Assembly: GCF_052425735.1 (NCBI RefSeq) | Contig: NC_135771.1 | Coordinates: 24,428,001-24,492,000 of the forward strand | Direction: 5' to 3' | DNA: 64,000 bases | Source: Oculina patagonica | Taxonomy: Eukaryota | Shown here: one piece after another, positions 49,861 to 62,359 of the stretch | Numbering within the stretch: the first letter of the stretch is position 1 | Layout: each line of letters starts with the position of its first letter | The notes under the pieces: model-generated | Database searches by the model: none | Told to the model about the DNA's origin: nothing | What the model saw: the letters and a program-made list of their open reading frames with translations, nothing else | Position numbers and translations under genes: made by a program

Positions 49861-50658
49861 TTATTCCACAAAAACAGCGTAAACAGAGGCTTGTGCAAAA
49901 AGTTGATCATTTCTAAAGGTCTCTTGTGCAAAGTTATCGAAGTTAGCATTCCATAAACATCTACTCGAGATATGTACACCTTGACCGAGCTGCTGACCAA
50001 TCCACACCACACAAACTAACTTATACCTCTCCACGGGCGCTTCTGCTTTCACTTTTCTTTTAATCTCATCGCTTATTTCAACTGACAATCTCTTGCTTTC
50101 TTCAGCAATGTACGACTTGGCTGTCAAGTGCGCCTCTAACACGTCTCGAATGATCGCACGTGCTTTTCCAGTCAAGAAGAATTCGTCTGGTTGCAATTTG
50201 TATGTGTTCTCGATCATTAGTTTTTCCATGGCGTACACAGATGAGTTGTCGTCGACGGATGACGCTGTTGTGGTAGAACTTGCAAACTTTCCAGATAAAA
50301 CTTCTGATTGGTTTGGGATCAATGAATTTCCACGGCTTGCTTTACGTGTAGCTGGCGGAAAAGCACGGTTTGCAAGCAAAACTGTTTTAGCAACTGAAGC
50401 AAATTTCGTTTTAACTTTGTCCTGTTCGCCCGCTTGCTTTAATTCGTTGCTAGGTGCTTTCTCTCCTTTTTCTTGCGAGGTTAAAAAGAAAGTTGTTTTC
50501 TTTTGGGGACTTTTCGATTGCAGTGAGCTCCTTCTTGTGGGTTCCATTACAAAACAACTCCGGTCGGAGGAATCAAAACCATAGTGTGTTTCTGGCAAAC
50601 TTTGATGTTTGAATATTACTCCTAATTTGTTTGGTTTATTCTTTAAGATGAGTTTCAT
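49861..50658 (-). CDS. Tctex1-domain dynein light chain, paralogue 2 (start 50658 or 50547)
   Basis: ENTYKLQP...F....AR.II..VL...L....Y...IKRKVK.....RYKLVCVV.IGQ..GQGVHISSRCLW....DNFA...F.N..LFA.A.VYAVFVE. Single exon. Confidence 0.9.
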   Translation of the reverse strand: MKLILKNKPNKLGVIFKHQSLPETHYGFDSSDRSCFVMEPTRRSSLQSKSPQKKTTFFLTSQEKGEKAPSNELKQAGEQDKVKTKFASVAKTVLLANRAFPPATRKASRGNSLIPNQSEVLSGKFASSTTTASSVDDNSSVYAMEKLMIENTYKLQPDEFFLTGKARAIIRDVLEAHLTAKSYIAEESKRLSVEISDEIKRKVKAEAPVERYKLVCVVWIGQQLGQGVHISSRCLWNANFDNFAQETFRNDQLFAQASVYAVFVE

Positions 50659-53600
50659 AAACAGCTTCTTTTGAAATCTAAAGTGCCCTTAATTAGATCC
50701 CTTGAGAAAGCTACAGAAAAGGTGTCCATTATATAATGTAAATACTTTAAAAAGCTTGCATGTAAATTAACGATAAAACAACGAAGAGACTGTTATGTTG
50801 TTTACTATTAGAGTTCGAGAATAATTGACTGATGTTTTCGATACTAAAAACACATCAAAGCCTTGAATGATGCCAAAGTAGTGCGCGTTTTCCCGGTGCG
50901 CGCAAATCAATTGGGGCTGATAGATGTCCCAATCCAATTAAGCAGTGATGTTATATGAAGGCGTAGTAATTTTAATTCAGTTGACATTGATCGAGAGGTT
51001 TTCTTAAGATTCCACTTACATCTCTATTTCGAAGTCGATTTATGTTTTGCTCTATTAAAAATGCTAATGAACTGACCACATACACGAAAACCCGACACAC
51101 GGTCCCGCTACGGTTAGGTGTAGTTGCAACCCCAGTAGGAAAAAATGAGGGGCTACTTGTAAACCACAATTGAATGCAGACTTTTGTCCGTTTAAACATC
51201 TTACCCTAGTCCAGTCCCTGAACTCTCTCTTCCGCGCGCCCTTTATTTTAATAGGGGTTGAACTCGGGCGCGAGAAGAGAGAGTCCAGAATAACTTGCAT
51301 TGGTCGTTTGCATATCCTTAGTTATTATCCTTAGTTAAACTATCCTTAGTTATTTATTTTGCGCGTTTTTAATTCTTAGTGTGAAAACGAGACGGACACG
51401 ATTTTGGACGAACAAGTCGTCTGAATTTGTCCGTCGATTTGGCCGTTGGGAAGACGATTTTTCAAACACGACTTGGTCGTCTAACGGACAAGTCGTCTTA
51501 AAGCCGTCTTAAATTCACACTAGATCACACTAGACGAACGTCTTCTAGTGTGAAAACGGCCATTGTATGCGCATGCAATTCTAAGGGGACCGGCGACCAT
51601 GAACGTAATGGCGTTCATCAGTTGGATGCCTACAATGCGTTCAATTCTACAATTGGTTTCGGCTCCATAAATCCTATACCAATTGTAGAACATATCCGTC
51701 GTAATCTTCGTCAGCAAAACTATCCTTAGTTATTTATTTTGCGCGTTTTTAATTCTCCTTCGTTGTTTTTCTATGTTAGAAAACTATCAGTATTTTGAGG
51801 TTTCTTTTCATTTGAAAGTTATCACGGAAATGACTAACCGCAATACCGCGACATTGCTCTTTTAACCGTATTTTCACTGTTCTGAGCGAACCATGATCTC
51901 GCCAGAAACTATCTCCAAAGTCAGTGATATAAAACTTTTTATTATATAAACTGCGGATGTTTATTGGGATTTTGACCACCGAAAAAAACAGTATCTCAGA
52001 GTGTGTAAAATTACGATAATTTTTTACGTGTGTTTGATATCACCAATCACGTGCTGACAAGTTTGCCATGTTTCAGTGGTGAATGAGCCAAAGTTTATCG
52101 ACATTAAGTCGAAACATCTTCGGATCATTCTCGGCAATCTTCTGAAAATGTTCGGAAACATTCGTCTGACCTTCGGACAACATTTCGAAAATGGTTGGAA
52201 ATCGTCGGAACATCGTCAAAAACCTTGTAATTAGTAGGTTTAGTAGGATTGGGTGCACGGCATAAAAAGATATAAGACAATTTTTTCTCTTTGGTCATCA
52301 CGTAGTTCTTGCAGATGGCACTCAGCTCTAAAGGACCAATGCAAATAGCCACATGCATGAGTATTGGGGAAGGGGGGACACCCATCTGAGGCCCTGTTAG
52401 GGGGGGGGGGTTACGCTATCCCATCTGAAAGGGACGGGGATGCTCGTCAAAAACTTTTAATTAATTTAAAAGAAACCCATTTGGGCGTGGCTCAAGCTTT
52501 CTCTTTTTGGCCCCTATAAAAAAGATAACAGTTTTCATGCCTAGCCTGATCGCTCCAGAAAGCCAACACGGTATGAATGCGTTTTTTTTTTTTTATTTTT
52601 TCACGTGCAACCACAAACGAGATCTCGACGGCTAAAAATATATCCATGAATTATGTCCTGAACAACTGACCTATGTGAGACCAGATTCTGTTATTTACAC
52701 CCCTTTTAGCGAGACGACGGGCATCCCTTTTATATGGGATTCTCTCCTCTCCTCTTTATTATCAACGATAATAAAGTTAAGGACTTTAATCAACTTTTAT
52801 CTAGGGTATCATAGGGTATGATAAGTGTCTTGATTAAGGTATCAGTTGAATCGTAATTTTCACCTCGTTTATGCTTATATAAAGTCAAGTAAAAAAAAAA
52901 CAAATGTTTCTCGTTTGGATTTCTATAAAAAAGAGAGCGGGCGGGCGCATTTTTTTGTTATAGATTATTTTGTTGCATTCCTCACCTGTGTTGTTCGAAT
53001 ATCGATGTTTTTTTCCCTCCATATTTAAATTCTCCAGAAGCGAACTTGCAAAATAAATCCTGCAAGGTAATTGACCTATCCAGTACAAACCTAGTATACC
53101 AAGGCTTTAAAATTTTGGCCTGATTTCTTATTAAAACGCAGACAAAAGCCATGTCTTACAGAATTTTCAACTAGGTGCAAAGTGAAAGTATAGTAACGCC
53201 CGTTGCGTTTTTGTTCGTTCGAACTTTTCCAATAACAAATAATAAAAAGAGGGGCGGCCCCAAAAATGATACGGGCGGGGTCGAAAGACAGTTGTATTTC
53301 TTTTTTTGCTTGGCCTAATTACTCGTGATTAGTTCGGTGCGAATGTAGTTATAGACTGCTTCTCCTCCGAACACAACCAAAAATGCGCCGCATAGGAAAA
53401 GAGCTTCTTGGCCATTTCAACATCCGAGTTTTATTGATTTTATTGCTATAGCTTAAATTCTTTTTAAGATAGAGAAAAGGGGGTACTTTTTACCTCCCTC
53501 GCTTCCCAATGTGTACCCCCAAACCCACAAACCAAAATTCTCGGGTAGACTGATAGTGCTTTACTATAAGGAGGGCTATATACAAGTGACTGAAAGGCGT

Positions 53601-54493
53601 TTAGGCTTGCTAACCGTAAAAAAGTTAAAACAGAGTTGTCCGTTTCAATGTCCCCATGACGTCACCAAAATGATAGGAAAAAAATTTTGCTTAGCATCGT
53701 CGAAATTTTTCCTGATACAGACTTTAAGCGAAAAAACACCTTGCATTATGTGATGCGGTACTTTTTGACAGAAATATTTTATGGTCTCAACTTATAAATA
53801 AAAAAAAACATTGAGTGTTTAGAAAATTAAGATAGAGATAACGATAAACTATTAGTAGAATTGTTTTTTTTTTCCTTGAATTTAATTAGATCTTTGTACA
53901 TAAGACATGACTTAATGAGGTTTACTCGATTTATTAAAGCAATAAATAATCTTTTCTACTACCTATTTACAAGAGAAAGCGACATCGATTAAAAAGACAA
54001 GCCATGGATTACAGTTAAGCTAGGACATATACTTACAGTTCAAAATAATCGATCTTTTTTTAACTAATACATCAAGGGAAATGATCGGCAGCTGTCATGT
54101 ACAATTGATATTTGAATTATAAACAGTAAATATGCTCTGAACGTATTAGTTGCTGTTTTGTTAGGCAAATACGTACAATTTATTACTTTATAGAAATGTT
54201 TTGCGCAAACAAAGCCCAAGAGCTAACGCAATCAAGTTTTGTAATTAAGGCACAACATATTTAGCATTTTGCGAAAGGCCGGCAAATGCCGATTAAAATC
54301 TCCTAGCTTAGAACCAGAGTTCTGCCTCGTGCTGTTTCTTACAGTACTGAATTTGTTTAGATAATCTTTTTAGGTATATTATTAGATTTTACTTTTTAAA
54401 ACAGTCGCTTGTTGTCGATATTTAGATCGTTTCATGTATTTCGATCCTGTATGAAGTTATAAACTCTGGGCGTACTGACTCAGACATCAAGGC

Positions 54494-54919
54494 TCAAAAG
54501 TTTCTTGTGGCATATGTAGCGAACACAGTCCCCACGGCAAATAAGGAGTCGTTTTTGTACCAAGCGGAAGCGAAGCTGTCATATTCAGGTTTCCATACCT
54601 TGTGTGAAGCTTTCTCGATCCCTGTATCGTTCGCCTGTCCTATCAAAACAACCACAGTAAAATCGGCGAACTGATGTTGAAAGCTTCGTAGTTTTTGCCT
54701 GATTATCTGGCTCAGTGCGTCGCATCTTGCGTCGCTATCCCATGACGTGAAACAAACTCCTTGCAAGTTTGTTCTGAGTACTTCTTCAATTGTGTCTTGT
54801 ATTTGAAGATCTTGAAGTTTACAAGCCGGTTGAAGGATAAGCAAGTCGTCTTTCATGAAGCCACTGAGCGGAGCCCGAGATGTAATGGCCGAGTTTTCAT
54901 AAGTGCGTTTTCTCATCAT
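54494..54919 (-). CDS. Divergent Tctex1-domain protein, paralogue 3 (~141 aa from first ATG; frame open to 55105)
   Basis: IQDTIEEVLRTNLQG...LSQIIRQKL...VVVLIGQ...GIEKAS..VW....DSFASA.YKNDSLFAVGTVFATY. Start is uncertain. Confidence 0.8.
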   Translation of the reverse strand: MMRKRTYENSAITSRAPLSGFMKDDLLILQPACKLQDLQIQDTIEEVLRTNLQGVCFTSWDSDARCDALSQIIRQKLRSFQHQFADFTVVVLIGQANDTGIEKASHKVWKPEYDSFASAWYKNDSLFAVGTVFATYATRNF

Positions 54920-56930
54920 TTCGTGTCGTGCGCTCGCTGAACAGTTCTCTGTGAAAAGTCTCAAAACAAGCAATTTGTTAGCGAGATGAGAGCTTCCCGT
55001 TGAGTTGAATACGACGTAATTAGCTTGAAGCCAATAACGGAAACATACAGTCTGACAAACAAGTCCAACTGCAACACTTGTGTTCTCAGTGATTAAAGAA
55101 GACAAAAAAGCGATAGTTCAGTTTAAAACTGAGCTCGCTGTTCGTCGGTTTTCTCTGGGACGAGATCAATTTTCTCACAGTTGCTTCCTGTCCGAGTGAA
55201 GGGTAACAATGATGTTTGATTGCGACCTCACTCGCTGAACAATTACCTTTCAACTCTTTTAGACTTGATGAAGTAATTATGCGAACTCTTTTGGCCGTAA
55301 CTCCTATTTTCCTTCTAATCAATAACCCCACTGTTTATCAAATGAGGCTACACTGAATGAGAAAGCTTTGACTCCAATGCGAAAAGACAAAAATCGCTCG
55401 AAAAAAATCTATATTGAGCTTCAAAAATCATTCTATGGCTGGCTTCGTGGTAGAAAATGGAAGATTTCTTGTTAGTCAAAGTAAAATTAGCGGAAAACGG
55501 GCCATAAAAGATAAATCCGGCGCAAATCCGCTCATCAGTAAAGGAAAAAATAATCTTTCCGCAGTAAATGAAACTGTGAATAGCCTTTGTTACTCTCGGA
55601 AGCCTTCATTAACCGCTTTCTTTCATATTTCTAAACCAATTCATCACAACAAAATAGAGCTTAATGATCAGGGAATTATGTTGGCTTCGCTTTGTTTTCC
55701 CGAACGCCTTAATTACGTCAGTGTAGAAGATACGTTGTTCTCAGTAAACGTGCAACATTTTGAATGTTTTAGGAAATGAATTCCTTAAGCAAACACGTTG
55801 CAATTACTGGAAATGTACGTGGTGTTTTCAACATGTTAAAGAATAAACGTTAATTAAGGGTGCGAAATGTTCTTTAGTTCGCTAGGAATTATCACCCGCC
55901 GAAAACAGACTCATTAGTAATCACAAGAACTTTGATGAACCTTCCAATTTTTGTTGTTGTTTTTTAACCTCGCAAAATTAACATTTCATTTTCTCCTGTG
56001 AAATAGAAAACATATTTCAGTGCGAAGGGAAAAAAGAGTTAAATAATATTATAAATATTTCTTTCCCCAAAAAAGCCTGCGGTTTTTTTGATTTGATTTC
56101 TTTTTTTTCTCTCGAAATGGAGCCATTTAAAAGCAACATTTTAATGTTAAAGACAATGTCACTAATCAGCTAGCGGCACCAATTAAGCCGTCGGTTAGCG
56201 ACCAACACTACTCGTAAAGCATTTTCTCGTTAGCGTAGGAAATTACAACAAATGCTTTTCTTACTGACAAACAAAGCAGGCTCAATTATTTTATCGCCGA
56301 GAGAAATTAACGGGAGGAATAACATTAACATATTCAGTTGAAAAAGAAAAGATGAAAAGGCTCTGAAAATTATCGTTTTCAATTCTTGTTTCGTTGAGAA
56401 CTTTTCCGTCAAATGACAGTCAATCAAAGAAGAATCCAAAAAGCTGTCTTTATTTTTTTTTTTAGTTTTACGCATCTTGTTTTGGCTAGAAAAGTGAAAC
56501 TGTTTTTTTTTTTTTATTTTAACTTGCAATTTTTAACTGAGTTTAGTTAGCTTAAACTCTACTTTAGCGAGGGTTTATTGTTTTGTTTTCTCTCTTTCTT
56601 TAATTTAGATTTTAAAACGTGTCTTCAGCCCTTATTTTACTAGTTTAATTTTATTATTAAATTTCATGTGCTTCCTTTTTCTTACGAATAATAAACTACT
56701 AATAAACTGCTAGTTAAAATGTTTTTAATTCTGTCGTAAAATCAACGTTCTTTTTAACTCACTAGCAAAGGACGTGAAATGTCTCACAAAAGTGTCCATC
56801 TAATGGAAAATCGATTTTACAACACCAATGTAATGATGCTGGCCTGACGATTGGCAAGTTGATAATGTTGGACAAAAAATAAGAAACTAGGAGGAGTAAC
56901 GAGGTTTAAGACTGTCACGGTTGAGGGGTG

Positions 56931-57105
56931 CAGAGATGGCGCAGTGTTGAGAGCGCTCGCCTCCCACCAATGTGGGCGGGTTCGAATCCTGCACCCGGCG
57001 TCATATGTGGGTTGCGTTTGTTTTAGGTTGTCGTCCTTGCAGCGAGGATTTTTCTCCGGGTTTCCTCACTCCACAAAAACCAACACTCCCAGCTCCAATT
57101 CGATC
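56931..57105 (+). mobile_element. tRNA-derived SINE with V-domain-like body
   Basis: A box TGGCGCAGTGTT, B box GGTTCGAATCC, then TGTGGGTTG.GTTTG...TTTTTCTCCGGGTTTCCTC. Confidence 0.7.
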
Positions 57106-57622
57106 TTTAATGCTCTTCCGTGTTTAATACATTTTTTTGCAGTTCCAAAAGGCTCCCGTCTCGTCAGCGCACGTAGCTGACGAGATTTTCGCGCGCGTTA
57201 AGTAGCAAAAAGAAAGCACTCGTGCGCAACCCCCGCGAAATCGTTCCCGTTGTCAGCAGATTACACTTTCATTGCCTCCTCGTTTTTCCTCTCATGTACA
57301 TAATGTAACTTTCCAGATCGCACCAACTCTAGCAGCCTATCAAAAGAGGAACTCTGGGGCCGAGTCTTCCACCGGGCCGCGTAGGTCCGCATTTGCGTAC
57401 ATAATAGTAGAGACTAGAAATTCGTGTAATTCGTTAAGATAAATCTTGCAGTAAGCGCGATTGGCGAGTCTTAAGAGGTGAAGATGCGGTGTATTCATTT
57501 TATTGCATTGAATGATCGACTATATTTTTATGGCTAGCATTTTAAAAGCCCTCCATTTAGCGTGATGAGAAGAAATGGCTTCATATTCAACAATTCGACA
57601 AAGAAGTCAGTCTGTGGTTATG

Positions 57623-58185
57623 CCCGGCGTATCCAATCGATGAAATTCGATAATCGATAGCAATTAATCGATTGATATCGGAAATCGATGAAAATCGATG
57701 ACCCAAAGTGTTGTGAGTATCGATTTTCATCGATTATATCGATTGTCAGTTGCAATCGTTTAATAATGTTCTCAGATACGTTTGCGCTACGCATTGGCAA
57801 TTGAGTCTTAATCAACTCGAAATGCCTCCCCTCTGTCGCCAATTTTTTTCTCAAGGGATAAAGACCCGCCTGTCTTTACTGAAAATGGGCACTCGTGGTA
57901 GCCCTTCACAATAGCCTCTATTATTAGCACGTTCATTTCGTGCTTTGTTTGACTCGCAGAACTTCGACTGGACTAAGGATGCGTAACGTATCGCCTTACA
58001 AATGCTGCCCGATAATAATCGATAAAATCGATGAAAATCGATACAATTAAGTGGACGTGAATTGTGAGTATCGATTTTCATCGATTAATGGAACCAATCG
58101 ATATTAATCGATTGATTTTTATCGATTATATTGATTATATCGATTGGTTTCCGATGATCGATTTTCATCGATTGGGCACGCCGGG
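57623..58185. mobile_element. TIR element with ATCGAT-rich subterminal repeats and 7-bp TSD
   Basis: CCCGGCGTATCCAATCGATGAAA / TTTCATCGATTGGGCACGCCGGG. GGTTATG at 57616-57622 and 58186-58192. Confidence 0.8.
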
Positions 58186-60764
58186 GGTTATGGTAAGCAC
58201 CCTGTAATTTACCAGTTTTTAATATCTTTTACTAGTACGTATACTGGGTTGGTGACCTGGGAACCTGAGCATTTTGAACAATCTCACTTTCTCAGAATGT
58301 TAACACTGTACTAAGAAACACGGCAAGTCACAAAGTGTATCCCTGTTAATCCGATAAGGAAAAGAATAAAGCCCACCCCTCAGGACTATTCCCTGAGACC
58401 AAAAACATAAACAAATACTTTTTAGTACTATTTTTATTTATAACGTAACTGACAACATAGAATTGAAAACAAAATATATTTTAATAAGGAATGCACTGAA
58501 AACCTGAACTGAGTGTAAATTTTGCAATCTTAATTCATCTATCATCGCTATTGATTCTATTGGATTCCTAACAGATTAACACTACAGTTCAACATCAAAA
58601 CCATTACATGTTATTTGTTGGCGTACTTTTTTGGTATCTCAACAGGACAGGACTTAAGCTGTAATTGTTTGGGTGGCCAGCCCCACTCCCCTCTAAGTCC
58701 ATCAAAAAACATAAAAATAATCACATTGAAACAGAAAATAAAAACACGAGCACATTTGGATGTGTACAACACGTCATACTTTAAGCTAAAATAAAATAAT
58801 AACAAAATATATTTTATGGTGTAATTGGTGTGCCTGTTGTGATACAATTTTCAATTTATTATTTTCCAGTAAGCATGCCCAACCTCTTCAAAAATCCTTG
58901 GTTTTACCCGGTTGAAAGTTTGAAAAAAGAAAATACCAAGTGGCATTGCGCTAGAAGAGAAATGCTTGCTCAGCATTTCATGGTTTTGACACATGCATTA
59001 TTACAGTCAAACATTTATTAAGCTAACGCCATTGGAATAAGAGACATTATCGGCAAGCTATACCGTCAGATGATTTTGCAGCTGAAGCCCTTTACTCGCA
59101 CTGCAGGCCAAGAAAACTTAGTAATTAATGTAAAAGTTTGCTTTAGGTCCTTTAGTGTTCTGGTCAAAACAAATAAGAAGATATGTAACCCTATTACCTA
59201 CATTGAGCAAATTTTATTGAACTTAATATGACAGCACCAAAACATGAACAACCATATTAAACTGGTTGGCCAAGCTAAGTGCCTGTTAAGTGATGGCTAA
59301 GTAATTAAAGCAATTAGAGTCCTTTTCAATTGAGTGCCATAAAACAAACCAAAGTAATCACAAAGGATGCAAACCATCCACTGATCCAATCTGGATTTAC
59401 TTTTGATTGACTGAGAAAGTGGCGAGAGTGTTTTAGTGTTACACCAATCATATAAAGCAAAGCAAGTCAACACCTAAGCACATGCGAATTCCTTTTCGAA
59501 ACTCAAGTGAAAACTGCTCTTACACTTGTGTCTTTATGAAGTGTTCTGGGTGAGCTGCCTGCACACTACTGCAGGGTTTCTGGTTAAATACAGGGTTTGA
59601 CTGTAATTCACAGTGGGAGAATTTTGTTTCAATTTATGCTTTTTGTTCCTGAGGTAAACAGATTATGTATTTACATGATTTACTAACCTAATTTCTCATA
59701 AAAAGGTAAGAAAAGCTATAATGTACGAGGATTAACATGTTAAATATACAAAGATATAAACTAGCTTCTATAAGAATATAGTGAAACCTCAACAACTGGA
59801 CACAGAACTGAAAAATCTTAGTTCTTATGTCTCCATATTATATACCAGGAAGTAGAGTAAATATGAATTTTAGACTCTCTTTTTAAAAAGTTAGTCTCTC
59901 AAGCCGCTATTTAGGTTGTAACAGATCTACATCTACAAGCACAACTGAGTTACTGGATCTTATGTAAGGGGTATAGAATTGTCCAAAAAATAATAAGTCT
60001 TGGTAATTTTTAGCTGAGCCTGAATATCTCAGCATCTTAAAATAGAATCTTGAATTTCAGAAATGAAGCAAATCTTGACTCTCATGTAAAGCAAATGAAG
60101 ACATTGACACTAGTCTTGGTAGCTGACATAATGCACCTATCAATGTTAATCTACAGAGGGAAGGCGGTCTCAGGGGGGGGTACTCCGCGATCAAAGTGAC
60201 GGAGATGATCAAATGGAGGCAGAACTCAGGACCCAAAAAAATCCCTAAGTCTCCCGACATTACCCAAAAATCCCTGGACCAAAAAAAATGCCCAAAAAAA
60301 TCCCTAGTCAAATTACCCCTAAATTGCCAAGGCACTTTAGTTAGATTTAATACCCAAAAAAATCCCCTATTTAAATCAAGTCACCCAAAAAAATACCTGC
60401 CAAATTCTCCTACCCAAAAAAATCCTGGAATCGAAAATTTCGACCCCCAAAAAATCCTTCGCACATCCCTGTTACTTGGATCCCGGAGTACCCCCCCTGG
60501 TGGAAGGCTGGGGATAGGCGGGGCATTTGAACTAAGCTAAGTTTTCTGTTCACATGCTCCACCACAGGGCATTAAATTTTGTAGATGGTCAAAACACTGC
60601 AGTGGATTAAGGATAGGGGCAAGCTGGCCCCACTCCTTATTTTTGGTAAAAGACATTTTTTTGTGATGACTAACCCCACAAAAAAGTTTTGGCTGTATAC
60701 ACACAAAAAAGGACCTCTCCCTTGTCGTTCAAGGTCTGTATCTGCACTGAAATAGTCATTCAAC

Positions 60765-60797
<33 letters not shown>

Positions 60798-61228
60798 AAG
60801 GCTAGTAAAAATGCAGTTTTGGCTAGTAGGTTTTGGCCTTTCACTAGCCAAAATGGCTAGTGAAAAAATCAGGAATTAGTGGCAAGAAAGCGCATTTATT
60901 TAAATTGTCTCTCAGAGAATATAACTAAGTAAACTGTTGACATTATAGAATGTGAAGCTTTAAACAATCTAGTTGACAAAAAGGCATGTACATGTACAAT
61001 AATTATAGTGAAGAACAAAGCCCAATTTTGTAAGAATAAAAAAACATGAAGATTTAAGAAACATTTTACGGCTTAAGGTTTAAACATTATCGCACATTGT
61101 CCCCCCCCCCCCTTAAAAGAAGAACTATGCTCAAAAAGTGTGGCTAGTAGAAAATAAGTTTTGGCTAGTGAAATCATAGCTGTCACTAGCCACTTCGCTA
61201 GTTAACAAAAAGTTAGTCTCGAGCCCTG
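60765..61228. mobile_element. hAT-like MITE
   Basis: CAGGGCTCGAGACTAAC / GTTAGTCTCGAGCCCTG TIRs and GGCTAGT subterminal repeats. No TSD seen. Confidence 0.7.
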
Positions 61229-61483
61229 TAAACTCCAATTTTATTTTGTTAGAAAGTCCTCTAAAATGGTCAAAGGTCAGCACTACAAGCAGACGACTGC
61301 TGTCAAATCCCCCCCCCCCCCCCCGGCTTAACATAGATAGGCAATAAATGTAAGCTTGTCCTCACTCAACATGAGCATAAGCAGCAGTAATGGCAGATGT
61401 GTGATGAGTTGATTGCGTTGTACTTATGTTTTTGTCATCACATCCTTGCCAAGTTCTGCTTTAGCTTATGCTGCACCAAGATA

Positions 61484-62026
61484 CGGTGGCCCACAACTGT
61501 CACGGCAAAAGAAAAATACTCGCGGCAAAAAGAAAAACCTCGCGGCAAAAAGAAAAGCATCATGGCAAAAAGAAAAACCTTGCGGAAAAAAGAGAAACCT
61601 CACGGCAAAAAGAAAAACCTCGTGGCAAAAAAGAAAATCTCACGGCAAAAAGAAAAATTTGCGGCAAAAAGAATATTAACCTCACAGCAAAAAGAAAACT
61701 CCTCACGGCAAAAAGAAAAATCTCACGGCAAAAAGAAAACGCAGTGGCTATTCGTACGGCACCCAAATTCAAGTCAAATTCAAGTCCTCGTATGGGTGCC
61801 GTACGAATAGCCACTGCGTTTTCTTTTGCCGTGAGTTTTTCTTTTGCTGTGAGAAGTTTTCTTTTTTGCCGTGAGGTTAATTTTTTTGCCGCGGTTTTTC
61901 TTTTTGCCGTGAGGTTTTCTTTTTGCCGTGAGGTTTTTCTTTTTGCGCAAGGTTTTTCTTTTTGCCGTGAGGCTTTTCTTTTTGCCGCGAGTCTTTTTCT
62001 TTTGCTGTGACAGTTGTGGGCCACCG
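61484..62026. mobile_element. Foldback-type element with inverted arrays of ~20-bp repeats, TA-flanked
   Basis: TA-CGGTGGCCCACAACTGTCAC...(CTCACGGCAAAAAGAAAAAC)n...spacer...(reverse complement)n...GTGACAGTTGTGGGCCACCG-TA. Confidence 0.85.
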
Positions 62027-62359
62027 TACCAAGAAGATTGTTTTTCTCAAGGCCTGTTTACAGAGGCGATTATTGTCGCACAATTCAATGCAATTTTGGA
62101 GTGCCAAAGTTGCAACTTCGTAACTGCACCTGTAAACTAGCAGCGATTTCATGGCGATTTTATCCCCACCATATTGCACAAGTTTCAAACCTGTTCGAAA
62201 CTTGATGCAACAAAACTTGCATTAAGTTGTGTGACACAAATCGCCCGTGTAATTATGTATTATGGATTTACATGATTTACATGATGTTAATTTCATCCTT
62301 TAAGGTTTGTGCAAATGGTTACATCATCAGCAAAACCCAGCCTAATCAATTGACTGTTG

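Noticed and set aside
50093-50584. 163-aa plus-strand ORF
   Set aside because: Antisense shadow of Tctex paralogue 2.
51640-51716. Minus-strand CTGACGA...CCGAAAC as a hammerhead
   Set aside because: No stem II pairing and no NUH cleavage context.
61397-62205. Lys/Arg-rich ORFs on both strands and a CRISPR-like repeat look
   Set aside because: Translations of the foldback element. Repeats are contiguous with no unique spacers, and the context is eukaryotic.
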